This document shows, in pieces, positions 1-12,029 of a DNA stretch of 64,000 bases. This stretch comes from Lytechinus pictus. Lineage: Eukaryota. Position numbers and translations under genes: made by a program. The first letter of the stretch is position 1. Each line of letters begins with the position of its first letter. The notes below the pieces were generated by a model, which was given only the letters and a program-made list of their open reading frames with translations, had not been told where the DNA came from and did not search any database. Location of the stretch: positions 43,278,001 through 43,342,000 of the forward strand of contig NC_087251.1 in the NCBI RefSeq assembly GCF_037042905.1. Direction: 5' to 3'.

Positions 1-27
1 TGATATACCGTACTGACAATTTTTTAA

Positions 28-808
28 ATCCTAAATCTACCGGGGTATTTTGATTCTTGTTATTCCTGGGGGGGGGGGGTATTATTGCCCCCCCCCCCCT
101 TATAAGATCTCGGCCGTGGATTGCACGATCACAACGAAAATTTGCATGATGGTAGAGAATGACGTAATCTATGTAGTTGCATTGGTAAATTTCACTGAAT
201 TCATATTTTTTATTTTATATATGAATTAATTATGCTAATTTATTCATGAGATCATACTTTTTGCTCTGATTCACTAAATAAAGCTCCTAGAATGCTATTT
301 TTTGGGTGAAAATATTCTTTATAGCATTCCTAACAATTGTGAATGAAAAAAAATATGGTACCAAGACCGATTTCTTATGTATTTTTTTAATTTTAAATCA
401 TGTATTTCTTTGTTTTTTTACATTTTGTTTTTTATTGTATTTTCAATGGAAATCGTTCTAGACTTAATTCTAATCATAAACAAGGCAAAATTAATTAAGT
501 TTAATCAGTAAAAGTAGAAATAATGATAAATTTATGAATTTTGGCTAAATACACAATTTGCATTGGATTTGTACATGAAATCATGTTTATGAGCAATTTT
601 GGGTCTGACATGCACTTACATAATGTTGCGTAATGTCGTAACCGCGTACCCGGGCGTCACAAATTTGGTCTCAAAATTTGCGCGAGACTTGAAAGTAAAA
701 AGTCAGTGAGCGGCGCGATCAAAATTTTTTGCGCGACAGCGTAGTGATGAAATTTGTTGAGGGGGGGGGGTCAAATTGACCCCCCCCCCCCCCCCAGTTT
801 AATAAGGG
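28..808. mobile_element. Non-autonomous DNA element, piggyBac-like termini (TTAA-flanked)
   Basis: Right end reads AGGG|TTAA (805-812); left end TTAA(24-27)|ATCCT is a degenerate CCCT. Both subterminal regions carry G-run/spacer/C-run palindromes (68-99; 760-795 GGGGTCAAATTGACCCC). No ORF. Confidence 0.55.
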
Positions 809-905
809 TTAAGGCCGTCACATGAAATGCCCTATATTCATTATTTTTCTACCAAAAGCACCATTTTGAGTAAGATTTTTAATGAATAGATCTGTTTGAC
901 ATTTC

Positions 906-1097
906 AGGAGAAAGAGAGGGAGACACAAAACCACCTGTCTCGGTGTCACACATGAGGAGTTGAGGAGGAGATGAAGTCAGTGAATATGACCTGGCCTGGG
1001 GGAGTTTCCAGAAGAAGGCCCAGAATCGCTGGATGCCAGGAGTGGAGATCCTTCATTGCTGCCCTACATGATAGGAGGCATCGGGCAGTAGGTAAGT
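906..1097 (+). mobile_element. 5'-truncated 3' end of an RTE-clade LINE (decayed ORF C-terminus)
   Basis: Translates across frameshifts as RRKRGRHKTT..EEEMKSVNMTW..(K)AQNR..EWRSFIAALHDRRH, matching the RTE C-terminal pattern GRPKTTW...AQDR..WRS.V.AL. Ends in GTAGGTAAGT, resembling a short (TAAG) tail. Confidence 0.8.
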
Positions 1098-1972
1098 TAG
1101 AAGGCTATTTCAGATGTAAAGCCTTTTTTTCGGGGGGGGGGGGATCATTGGGAATCTCTATTATCAGAATCACGCAGATTTGGGTGTGCACAAACTCGGG
1201 GCACCTTATAATCTGTTAATGGTCCTGACTGTACTTCGAGGACTCTGTGATATTTTTTCATTGTATTTTCATTCACGGAGCCTAGACAAGTCTCTGTTGC
1301 CTGTAGAACTTTGTACACTAAGATGGATTTCCCTAGAAAATCCACCCTTCCCACAATAATTTTGGGGCAAACATTTAATTTGTCCAATTTGTAAGCTTTT
1401 GTACTCTAAATGCATACAAAGGCTTTAAAAATGTTAATTGTTGGAAGGTAAAAATTTTGAAGGATCACTTTCTTACAATTCCCACGCTATATAACGCAAT
1501 GACATGAACTTTAACTCGAGTGACTTACGTATGCAAGAAATACAGAATTGGTGCACATGCATAGCTGATTGATTCATTGTGCTAGTACTGGTACTAGATC
1601 GGTTTGGACGTTCTAATTTCAATGACAAGTTTAGATGGTAAATTGGCGCTAATAAAATTTTGCATTGGTCGATCTCGCGATGCCAGAAAACTAATTCCAC
1701 CTCAAAATTTGTAATTGAATTTAAGCCAAATCAGGCATAGGGAATGGCTGTATTTCAGCCTCGAAGTTCGAATTCTCGGTCCTGACAGTCCTGGTTACCC
1801 CATAACCATTTAAAACACATAAAAAAGGCATGAATTAAAATTGTAATTATAAAAAAATAATATGTTTTATGTGTCAAATAAATTGATTCTAAAATTTCCT
1901 TCCTTATACAGAGATGGCTAAAGGTCTTGAGGGCATCATGCCCCCCCCCCCCGACTTGACTTAACATGTTAA
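1098..1972. mobile_element. Degenerate non-autonomous DNA element with G/C-run subterminal motifs (same architecture as 28-808)
   Basis: Left G-run at about 1132-1143; right GGGCATCATG-C-run followed by GACTTGAC...GTTAA. Non-coding interior; boundaries uncertain. Confidence 0.4.
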
Positions 1973-2229
1973 TATTTGAAGTATAAAATATGTAACAAAC
2001 CCCACATCGTTTTTTAATCATTTAAAATAAATTGGAAATTAATATTGAAACCATCTAGTTTTTAATGAAGATTAATAAATAGTTTATGTAGAAAAAGTTT
2101 TTATGTTTCTCCTCTTCTGTTATTTTTGCAGATGCTGTAATTTGAAACGGAAGGTGTCCTGCCAATAAATTTTCATCCCACCTGAACTGCCTTGCCTGCC
2201 TGCACCCAGTCATCTGTTCCTGAGCATTT

Positions 2230-2846
2230 TCATTTTCCTCTATTTTTCATCATCGTTTGTTTCGGCCTGTATGAAGTGAATTTCACATTGATTGGTGGAG
2301 CTGCTAAGTTGGCATTACAGGGCCACGCCGGGGTATGATCCTTTGGGTTGAACATCATGACTGCTAGTTGGTCGGCAAAGGTGATGGGATCGATCAATGT
2401 CACATGGAGTAAGATCGATACCAATCTGCTTTGCTACATTTCGAACAATCTCATACGGATACGGATATTATTGCGACAGGAGTACTGCTCGATGTGGTCA
2501 AGTCTATTTGACAAAGCATTATGGTGTTAGTCATGTTATCAGAAACCGATTTTTCAAAATCACGGAGTTGCTTCAATTTAGTATCGATAGATATTTCAAG
2601 AACGTGTAGATTAGTGAGCTTTTCATCAAGAATTTCACGCAATTTATTTTCGCGCTTATCCATGTCATCATTGAGTTTTTGTCTCTCGCGTTCCATTGCC
2701 ACGGCCACCGCTCTTTGAACGACTGTATCAATATGATCTAGGTATGCTGGGCTTTGTTTAGATCCAGTTAATGATGAAGCAGAGGATTGTGTACATGCGT
2801 TAGCCGAGTGCAAGCGGCCTCTTGATCTGGTGGATATCTTAGACAT
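2230..2846 (-). pseudogene. Frameshifted ORF1 (L1-ORF1/Transposase_22-like coiled coil + RRM) of a non-LTR retrotransposon
   Basis: The 131-aa ORF has a coiled-coil segment (ERERQKLNDDMDKRENKLREILDEKL). Downstream frames give DHIEQYSCRNNIRI, IGIDLTPCDIDRSHHL and PPINVKFTSYRPKQTMMKNRGK, the conserved EQYSRRNN.RI / DIDR.HR / PIIVKF motifs of LINE ORF1 proteins. Frameshifts and stops are present. Confidence 0.85.
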
Positions 2847-3948
2847 GTTAGAGATTACGTAATGATATAATTGAAAAGTGGGATGGGCTGTGCATCTGCC
2901 AACTCACCAGTCAACCAATTAGAGATGGCCTTCCAAAGTGACACAGCACGAAAATATCAATATGGGACTGGTCTAGTCAACACATAGATCCTGAAAAAAC
3001 CATGGAGACCGCAGACGCAAAATGACTTCCATACATAAAGATATGATGCACAATCTCCAGTGGGTTCAAAACACTGAACACATGCTATGCTGATACACAG
3101 ACTATCATAAGAACTTTATCAAGCAAAGGAAATCTGGTATGAAATCTCTCAGCTCACATAAAAAGCCTACGTAGCTACATGTAGGGAAGAAAATGCGTAA
3201 TTGCTGAGAAATGAGCAAAATAAGCATGTAATTCTATCAAATGTCAGGTATTTTTCGAATCGATTATAATACACTGTCCCACATATGCTTTTCTGTGTTT
3301 ACAGCGATCATCAGAATTATCGATTTTAAGTTAAAAAATTCATGATTTTACAAAGATACAAGTTTACATTAATGTACCAGATGTAGATTATGTACAATAT
3401 ATTGACAATTAACTTTGATTTTATAGATTTTCTCAAGAAATAATTGTTTGCTGCAACTACTGTCTTTTCCTTCTAAGTGATAGTGTAATACAACAGTTCC
3501 ACAAACTATTTTCATCAGACTTATTGATGCATGATTCTTTCACCCAAATGCAAGCTTCCATAAATCCTGAAAACTTTGCAACTCAGGTATTTTTTTTTTT
3601 ACATACAGTATATTTTTTCCTACATTACATAGTTGCCTTAAGTTAATAGCGCACCTCTAGTAGTAACTATCTTAAAATGAGTTCGAACAGAATCCAACAG
3701 AATTACCAGCAAAGTGTATGTATATATAAAAGATGTGTGCCAAAAAGCTGGGGAAGAAAATGTGTAATTGCTGAGAAATGAGCAAAATAAGCATGTAATT
3801 CTATCAAATGTTGGGTATTTTTCAAATCAATCATATTACACTGTCCTGTCCCACATATGCTTTTCTGTGTTAGTGATCATCAGAATTATTGATTTTAAGA
3901 TAAAAATTCATGATTTTACAAAGATACAAGTTTACATTAATTTACCAG

Positions 3949-4219
3949 GGCCCTGTCTTACAAAGAGTTATGATTGATCCGATCAATCGCAACTATGGAC
4001 GGTCAGCAACGTTAACATCTATTAAGCATGTTTGTTCAAAATATTTTCTAGCTATGATGTATGTTCATGCATTCATTGTTTTCTCAAAAATTCGCTGCGT
4101 TTCTCTTTGCATACAAAGGACATTGTGCAAATTTTTCGTAGAAAAAAATTATGACACTGATGGATTTCCATAGAGTTATGATTGATCGGATCAATCGTAA
4201 CTCTTTGTAAGACAGGGCC
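3949..4219. mobile_element. MITE family A, PIF/Harbinger-like (CAG TSD)
   Basis: Long terminal inverted repeats (TIRs) GGCCCTGTCTTACAAAGAGTTA(T/C)GATTGATCCGATCAATC / GATTGATCGGATCAATCGTAACTCTTTGTAAGACAGGGCC; flanked by CAG (3946-48) and CAG (4220-22). Confidence 0.9.
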
Positions 4220-4222
4220 CAG

Positions 4223-4367
4223 GGGTCCGTTGCAGAAAGAGTTGCGCTTAAACGCAAGTCAAAAAATCAATCGCAAGTCCCAAATGCGCGCTGTTGATTG
4301 GTTGAAAATCAAGTTGCGCATGATTTTTAGAGTTGCGATTGATTGCAACTCTTTCTGCAACGGGTCC
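4223..4367. mobile_element. MITE family B, PIF/Harbinger-like (CAG TSD)
   Basis: TIRs GGGTCCGTTGCAGAAAGAGTTGC / GCAACTCTTTCTGCAACGGGTCC, CAG on both sides; near-identical copy at 38501-38644. Confidence 0.9.
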
Positions 4368-5174
4368 CAGATCTAGATTATGTACAATATTTTGACAATT
4401 AACCTTAATTTAAAAGACTTTCCGAAGAAATAATTGTTTGCTGCAACTACTGTCTTTTACCCCTGGCCCTAAGTGATAGTGTAATACAACCCAAACATTT
4501 CATAAGAATTAATGTACATGTATGATTCTTTCACCCAAATGCGAGCTTCCATAAATCCTGAAACTATTCCAACTCGGGTATTTTTTTTTTACATACAGTA
4601 TATTTTTACCTACATTACATAGTTGTCTAAAGTTGAAGGTATATTTAATTACAATTTCAACGAAAAAGCTTTATTCTTGGAAATCATTATGCCTCTGTTA
4701 TGTATTAACGTGTATTTATACATGTACAATTGTATGTATTGGTATAACAAACATTGTAATTTCATTCCTTTGACCCTAATACTGCATTTTCATAGAAAAG
4801 TGTTTTTTTTTTCAATCTATTTAGAGTTTTCAACATTTTGTATTCCTTTTTTTTTTTGCTGGTAATATGTTATGCAACTTTTATTTATTAATAGAATATT
4901 TGCCACGATTTCGTAATTGAAATGCGTACATGTATTTGATTTCGTTTTCCATTTTTGTATATATTCTTTTTCGGGGGGGGGGGGGTCATGTTCTTGAGAC
5001 CGAGACAAGTTATGCAAGGCCCTGGCATGGAGGATCATTATATTGTTACTGGGAATGCTGGACATTGTCAGACCACCTCAGTATTCACCAAATATAGATA
5101 ATCCTCAATGACAAGGTCTTTGAAGTGATGTGTGTATGTACATTGCATGTAGAATTTAATGTTTAGGTCATTAT

Positions 5175-5761
5175 CACGTCAGAATACGTTAAGATATCAT
5201 AGTTGACTCCAAAAGACGTCATATTCATTTCAATATGCGACGTCAATATGACGTCTATTACTAGTCAGCAATATGTTGCAAAGTCGTCATTCAGACGTCG
5301 TAGTTGACTTATAAAGACGTCATAATTACATCAATATGACGTCTGAAACTGGTCAGGAATATGTCGCAAAGTTGTCATTAAGACGTCGTAGATGACTTTT
5401 AAAGACGTCATAATTACATCAATATGACGTCTAAAACCGGTCAGGAACACGTTGCACGGATGTCATTAAGACGTCGTTGTTGACTCTCGAAGACGTCATA
5501 ATCACGTCAATACACGACGTCAATCTGACCCTTGATACTGGTCAGGAAAACGTTGTAAAAACGTTGCCAAGACGTCATTAAGACGTCGTAGTCACTCTTG
5601 GAGACGTCATAATGACGTCAATATACGACGTCATAATGACGTTATTCGCGGGTGCAAGATCCCGTCAATAAGACGTCATGTTACGACGTCAAAATGACGT
5701 GACACTCGTCGTTAAACTGACGTAATTATGACGTCATTTTTACCAGTTTCTGCTATCAGGG
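5175..5761. repeat. GACGTC-rich repeat with about five internal subunits of 88-112 bp (probably part of a non-autonomous DNA element)
   Basis: Subunit starts (AGACGTCGTAG-like) at about 5192, 5293, 5381, 5469 and 5581; very high CpG density; ends TTTCTGCTATCAGGG. Confidence 0.8.
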
Positions 5762-7772
5762 AGTGTGTTCACATTAATGGACTATCTGTGAAAAATGTGG
5801 TTCACACTGTTCAAATGCTCAAATTTAATTTTGAAACAAGAATGATTTCACGCTATGTTCCATCACGCTATGTTCCATCCACACTGTGAACTTATTGTGA
5901 CAGTGTGTTGGCTATTCCTGCAGGGAATATTTAGCCAGAAAAAAGGTTATGTCCAAAGCCCAACTTGGTAAATTAACAAAAGTAGGCCTATATTCCTACA
6001 TACTCATTGCACAATTTCTTTTATCTAGAGCATCATTAGGACCATTGAAATATAGGTCTCCATGACTGTATTGATTAACATTTCCCTGAATTCAAGGAGA
6101 TGGGTGACCTCACAAAGCCGAGCTCTTCTGCTAAATACACATTATACACATTCAAACAAAGCTAGGAACATGTGACGTGCGCCCTATATACCACCCTTTC
6201 CATGTATATCACTCTCCTTCCCTTTTATAGTGTAGAATTAGATGAAGGATAAGATGTCAAAACAGGGAATTGTTAATTCCCTGCTCCAATCATCCATGGT
6301 CAACACTTCCAGATACAATACTTTCAAATACGCAATTGTCATGCTTCAGAGTAGCTTCAAGAGAGTTGTAGAAAGTCTTTTTCAGAACAATCATGTTGAT
6401 TACAGTTGAACGAGCAGAGGAAAGACACTGAGATCAATCGGAAATCAATGAAAGATGTTAGCTAATGAGCTCGTCTTCAATGTGGCAGTAAAATGCTGTC
6501 ACAATCAATTGTACATCAAATAGTCCTTTTCAGGACTAATCTGCAAGCCTCTATGAACTTACAATGATATTAACAGAATGTTCTCTTGGTCATTTGCCAG
6601 CTTTTTTTTCACAGCTTTTCCTAGAAAAAAAATACAAAAAAACCTTGTAAATACATTAATGATAATATCCAGGTAAAATCGGTATCCCAGTGGCCAGGAC
6701 GGGTATCAAACAATTCTTCGAGTACAGTAAAAAATCAATACAACATATCCAATGCATCCAATAGGGAAAAACGAACAGAGAAAAACTTGAGCTGCCAGAC
6801 TTTGTAGCTTCTGAGAACAACTGAGGCCAATGTTTGGAATGAACGCCTATTGACTTTCCCCTAATCCATTTACTTCTCCCCCTGCAACCCTAAATGTTTT
6901 CCTCCAAAGAGAATGAGCATTATGCAATCCTGTTTACTTCTCATCAAATCCCTGCTTGATGCCTTTGAGTGATGGAAGAGAGGAAGAGGGAGAGAGAGGG
7001 AGAGAGAGGGGGAGAGGGGGGTCCATAGCAAGAAGGGAAACAAAGTGGTAGGGTTATATATCTGGAGTGTCCAGTGACAAGAATTGTTTACTTCTGAAAT
7101 TAAGTGGTGTATATCTTTGCCCATGAATGGAACCAAGAAGACAAAGGATGGTGGAATAAGCTTGGTTTCCTAACTGTACACAGCTATCTGATAAAAGCAC
7201 CAGGCCTGCCAATCAACTCAGGTGACAAGTACTACATAATCTGACAGACAAGTTGATAGTCTGGTCATACAGACACAAGCGCAGGAGACAGGGTTCTGTG
7301 ATAACCACGGCCTATACATCATGCATATGACCTGTAAGATTATAGACAAAGAACCTGACATTGCAACTTGAAACAAATCGGAAAACATAAACAGGAAACA
7401 GAAAGGAAGAGTTAGGCAGAACAAGTCAGAATGAAGATTAATGTTGAAACTCTAGCAGCATTCCAAGGAAAGAAATATCTGAGTTTTGTTCTATTCTTTG
7501 TGATACAAAACCATTTTTCATGCATGCAATAGACTGAAAATGCTCAAAATTTCAGGACATACATGTAATACTAGTCTATCACTTTCTGTTATCCAATCAG
7601 TATTAAAGTGCTCGAAAGGCAAAGTTTTAACTTCTGAGGAAACAAACAAAACACACTGTAGAGAGAGGATGCTACATATTTCTTTTTTCAAATCAACCCT
7701 CCCCAAATCGGAAGCAGACTGAAACATGAGCCATTTTCATCACCAGAATATAATGTACAAGTGCTCCTTAAC

Positions 7773-8322
7773 CCCGGGGGGGCCACTTCCATTGACGAGT
7801 GGATACCATGCGCGACCATGGGGTCTCGAAAAGCACCCTAAACACGTATTTTCCAAATTCTGAAAATGCACCCCTTAATAAGTATTTGCGTCTGAAACCC
7901 TACCCTTAACAAGTATTGGAAAAAAAACGATACTCTTAATTGACAAGTATTCCCTGAAATGAACCCCTAAACAAGTACAGTGATGGGTCCGTCAGTCGTC
8001 GGTTTTACCTTACCATTTGGTTTAGTACGGCCCCATGCACCTTCTACACCTCGCGCAAATCGGACTCTAAACACGTTAGTGCTGGGGCAAAAAGGACATC
8101 CTTTATAAAACATTTTAATTTTGTTTAATCATTCCCGCAAATATGACCCTAAACACGTAGCTTTCCTAGCGAAATAGATACCCTTTTTTCATTATTTTAG
8201 TGTTTTTGACACCCTTATCACGTTACGTACGTAACGTGCCCTATCTTGAAAAAGACATCCTTTTTACGTGTTTTTTTGGTCGCGCATGGTATCTACTCGT
8301 CAATGTAAGTGGCCCCCCCGGG
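7773..8322. mobile_element. MITE with about 45-bp TIRs and 8-bp TSD
   Basis: CCCGGGGGGGCCACTTCCATTGACGAGTGGATACCATGCGCGACCA / TGGTCGCGCATGGTATCTACTCGTCAATGTAAGTGGCCCCCCCGGG; exact TSD TCCTTAAC (7765-72, 8323-30); internal ACCCTAAACAC-type subrepeats. Confidence 0.93.
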
Positions 8323-11019
8323 TCCTTAACACAAGTGTTCTACAAAAACAATTGTTTTATTCATAACTTGCGAACTCACTACACAACAATGGTGTATTGT
8401 CAGTGAGTGAGAGAAAGTAGGGAAAAGACTGCGAAAAGACTCCTGAGAGAGACTGTGAACTACCCTAAATGCAATCCTATCAACATGATTAATACTGCTT
8501 ACTCAGAAACCAGGCAAAGAGGTTTTGAAGATAAGGAGACAAGAGAGGTTTACTAATTCCAGATTAAGCCTTATTGTACTTGTGGTATCAGTGCTAATTA
8601 CATCTTATTAAGATCTTCTTCAGAATTGTATTTAATATGTAAATCTTCCTCCGCCTTTTTATGAATGGGCACTCGTTGTGTGAATCCCGGTCATTAGCTG
8701 AACACATGTCTCATTGGGAAGACAGAAGCAAGGGTTTGATTGGATGCAAGATGGGGGATAAGATTAGAACTGGTTTAAAACATCTGACTCTAATGACTTA
8801 GTGCATTATCTTTTATCTCCACTCTTGTGTGAAAACATGGAGCAGAACAGAATGTTTGAATAGAGAGTCTGAGCACATAACCTTCACAATGCCTCCTCAT
8901 TGGCCTGTTGACAATCTATACAAAGCTGTGCAATTATTTATTTAAACATTATCGTTTTATTTCCTGTGTTTCCACTACATTATCACAACTTGAAGTATGA
9001 GCTCTTAAATGTTATTTTAATCCACTGTTCTGTATTTCTTGTAATTTTCTTCTGTAATAATGTACATGCAGACAGTATTCTCTCAATATCATGAACTTTA
9101 TTTTCTTGTCCCCCCCCTCCTGCTTTCCCCGTCACATTCAAGCATTGATTACTTTTATTCTTTCTCATTAATATAAATATAGATTCATGAGAGGATAAGA
9201 GTCGTCAAAGTCAAACTGTCAAATGTATTAATTACCGGAGGGGGGTTGGCACTGCCTTCAAACCCCATTTATAATTGCAGATTTTCACTAAAACCCATCC
9301 CAAGTGGGCACAAGATCCTTCAATTTCAATTTGAATACAAGAAAATCATCCCACTGATCAGTAAGGTCACTTCACTCCCTCGCTTACCATATTTTCTTTA
9401 AAATTTTATATTTCTGCCCCTAACCACCCATATGATTTACTATGATTTAAACAATTAAATGGCATTTAATAATAAATGTATTCTAACAATGGTTCAAAGA
9501 AAATATATATAAAATGTCCTAAGCTTTGTTCCTTCCTTATAATCATCACATTCTTTGATATTATATCCATTTCAATTTTTGTTTCATATAACATTAGAAA
9601 GAATACTTCATTTTAAGCCTTCATTTTCTGCCTTATTCCATTATATTTGGAAACTCCGTCATCACGAATTTTCTTCATCTCTCAAGACCGGAAATGCCAA
9701 AGTTTGAATTAAATTTTCAAGATATGATCCTACTGTAGTTGACACAATATAAACATCCCTTGTCCCCAATCTGAAAATATACCCTGGATTAATAACTTCA
9801 TGAATGTAAACACTGGGCTGGTGTGAAGAGGATAATGGTAGTAGTGTACTAACATATGCTCTCCGAGGGATGGTTTCTCACCGCAATCAAACGCGGGTTA
9901 TAGACACAGATAGAGCTTCTACCCAGGATACATCAACCGTTTGGACTCCTAATATTTTGTTAGTGGTCACTGCACCATGGGAAGCTGTGAGACCATCAGC
10001 AAACACAGGGGAGCTCTCCCGTCAATATTTACCTGAACTAGGCTGTTTGGTTAACTAGAGGTGTAGTTGACTTTAACCACTTCCAGCATGCATTCAGACA
10101 TAAAAAGCTTTCTCGAAAATTTCTTGCTATAATGGTCTTGTTAGCATGATGATCAAATCATGGACAGTTATCTTCATTGATTTCTAGTTTATAACAAGCT
10201 CACATCCCATATAATGTTCTATTAGTTAACATTCAAAATTCAATCAGAAACAGGCCTACTGCTTTGATAGAGCTTTTAACTATTCCTGTATAGCAATAAA
10301 TATTACTGTATAACCCCCTCCCCATAAAGAAGGCAAAAACAGGAGTTTACACTATGTTTAAGAAGAGTAGTTCAGCCGTATAACAAAATCTGTCTGAATG
10401 ACCCAGTTTATTTTTTTATACATACATCACTAGAGTGATGATGATGAGATATGTGAAGGGCGTCCATTGATTCTGTTCATTACTGCAGACCACATATTTC
10501 ATGATGCCATATAGCTCTGAGGAGAAGTGACGGGGAAACTTGTTGATGAATCGTGACGAAACGGTATAAAATATAGGCCATACATGTTTAAAGTCCTAAT
10601 TACTTTGGAAAGCATCCTGTTTTTCATGCAATATGCTGGCGAGAATGTCCAACAATACAGCATTATTACCATATAAATGACTCTTTGATCACTCTCAATC
10701 GACCCTTGTTTCACAACAGAGTTCATTTCATCTTTTCACCCTGTTTGAGAAGTCCATATAATTATCTGGAGTGTAAAAATATATCATCTTATTAAAGTTG
10801 GATCAAAATTTAATGCATAATGCTTTTAAATGTAATACTTTATGAGCCTGAATAAAGTAGTTTATTTCCTTATCTCAAGAGTCCAACAAATGACATACAT
10901 ACATCATTAACTCTCTCATCAACTATAGTATAATCATGATAACAAATGGGATATATCAAAGGATCCAATATCTTTGAATTTAACAGAATGTATTGACACA
11001 ATAACACAATAGAATACAT

Positions 11020-11420
11020 GGTAAATTGCCAGTTTGTCTACTGCCAACTTGTACACTCACCACATGGTCTACCTTCATTTAGTCTAATGCCATCAGTACA
11101 TCAATATTTCATCTAACAACAATTGGTCCAATTATCACTTCGTCTAATCACCATTTCGTCTATGACCATTTCGTCTCATAAACAGTTGGTCTAATATTCC
11201 TTTTATTTTCATTCAGTTTGCACAATTAGCACTTAGTCCAATTATACCATATGGTATATGGACTAAATGGCTATTGAACCAGATGGTTATTAGACGAAAT
11301 AGTGAGTGGACGAATTGGCAATTAGACCCTGTGGATGGTGGACATGCTAACGGTAGACCAAATGATAGTAGACGAGTTGGCAATTGGACGAACTGGCAAT
11401 AGACGAATTGGAAATAAACC
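11020..11420. mobile_element. Foldback-like element with inverted arrays of short subrepeats
   Basis: Left arm has repeated TT(C/G)GTCTA units and right arm the complementary TAGAC(G/C)AA units; GG...CC termini; flanks GAATACAT / AAATACAT (8-bp TSD, 1 mismatch). Confidence 0.8.
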
Positions 11421-11825
11421 AAATACATATGTTTCCCTGAATACAGAACATAATCAGTCCCTGATTTAATTTGAACGATCTAAGAAATATTCTCATCCCC
11501 TCTTGAGCCTCAACAATATTGCAAGTCAAGTTAATTTGTTTCAATTTAGCAAATGTTCGTTGCTAGAGTGGGGTCAGAGAGAAGCAATCGTTTTCACTCA
11601 TAAATGTCAACCTTTTTCACATTTTGTTTATTCACAATTTTCAGGAATAAAAAAAAGCTTGACATTTAGGCCATTTTAGATCTAAGGGAGTCTAAATATA
11701 ATCTGAAGCCATTTCAATACATCTACCCTGGAGAAATAGGCAACTATTTTCTTCAAATATTTTGATTTGACACTGTTTTACTTGAAATAAAGTATCCTGT
11801 GTGAAGTACCTATCCACAGTATATG

Positions 11826-12029
11826 CACAGTAAAAACGCTGTTTAAAATATCTAAACAACGTTTCTTACAGTAGTCATTTATACAGCTTAAACAAGTGTA
11901 TAAAATCTTAAACAACAAAGTTTAATTGTCAATACTTCGTTCTTAATATATCAACCATGGTTGTTTCAAATACTTATAATAAACATCATTGTATAAAAAA
12001 CTATAAATCTAAACAGCATCTTTACAGTA
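11826..12029. mobile_element. Short degenerate MITE with CAC-type termini
   Basis: CACAGTAAAAACGCTGTTTAAA vs TCTAAACAGCATCTTTACAGTA (imperfect inverted repeat); interior rich in TAAACA motifs. Confidence 0.65.

Larger units (their letters stand above)
3184..4635. repeat. Local tandem duplication of a degenerate Kolobok-like element plus about 170 bp of flank
   Basis: 3184-3645 and about 3750-4635 align (GGGAAGAAAATG...GCAACTACTGTCTTTT...CTAAGTGATAGTGTAATACAAC...CATTACATAGTTG). The body matches the element at 14697-15089. The second copy is interrupted by two MITEs. Confidence 0.85.
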
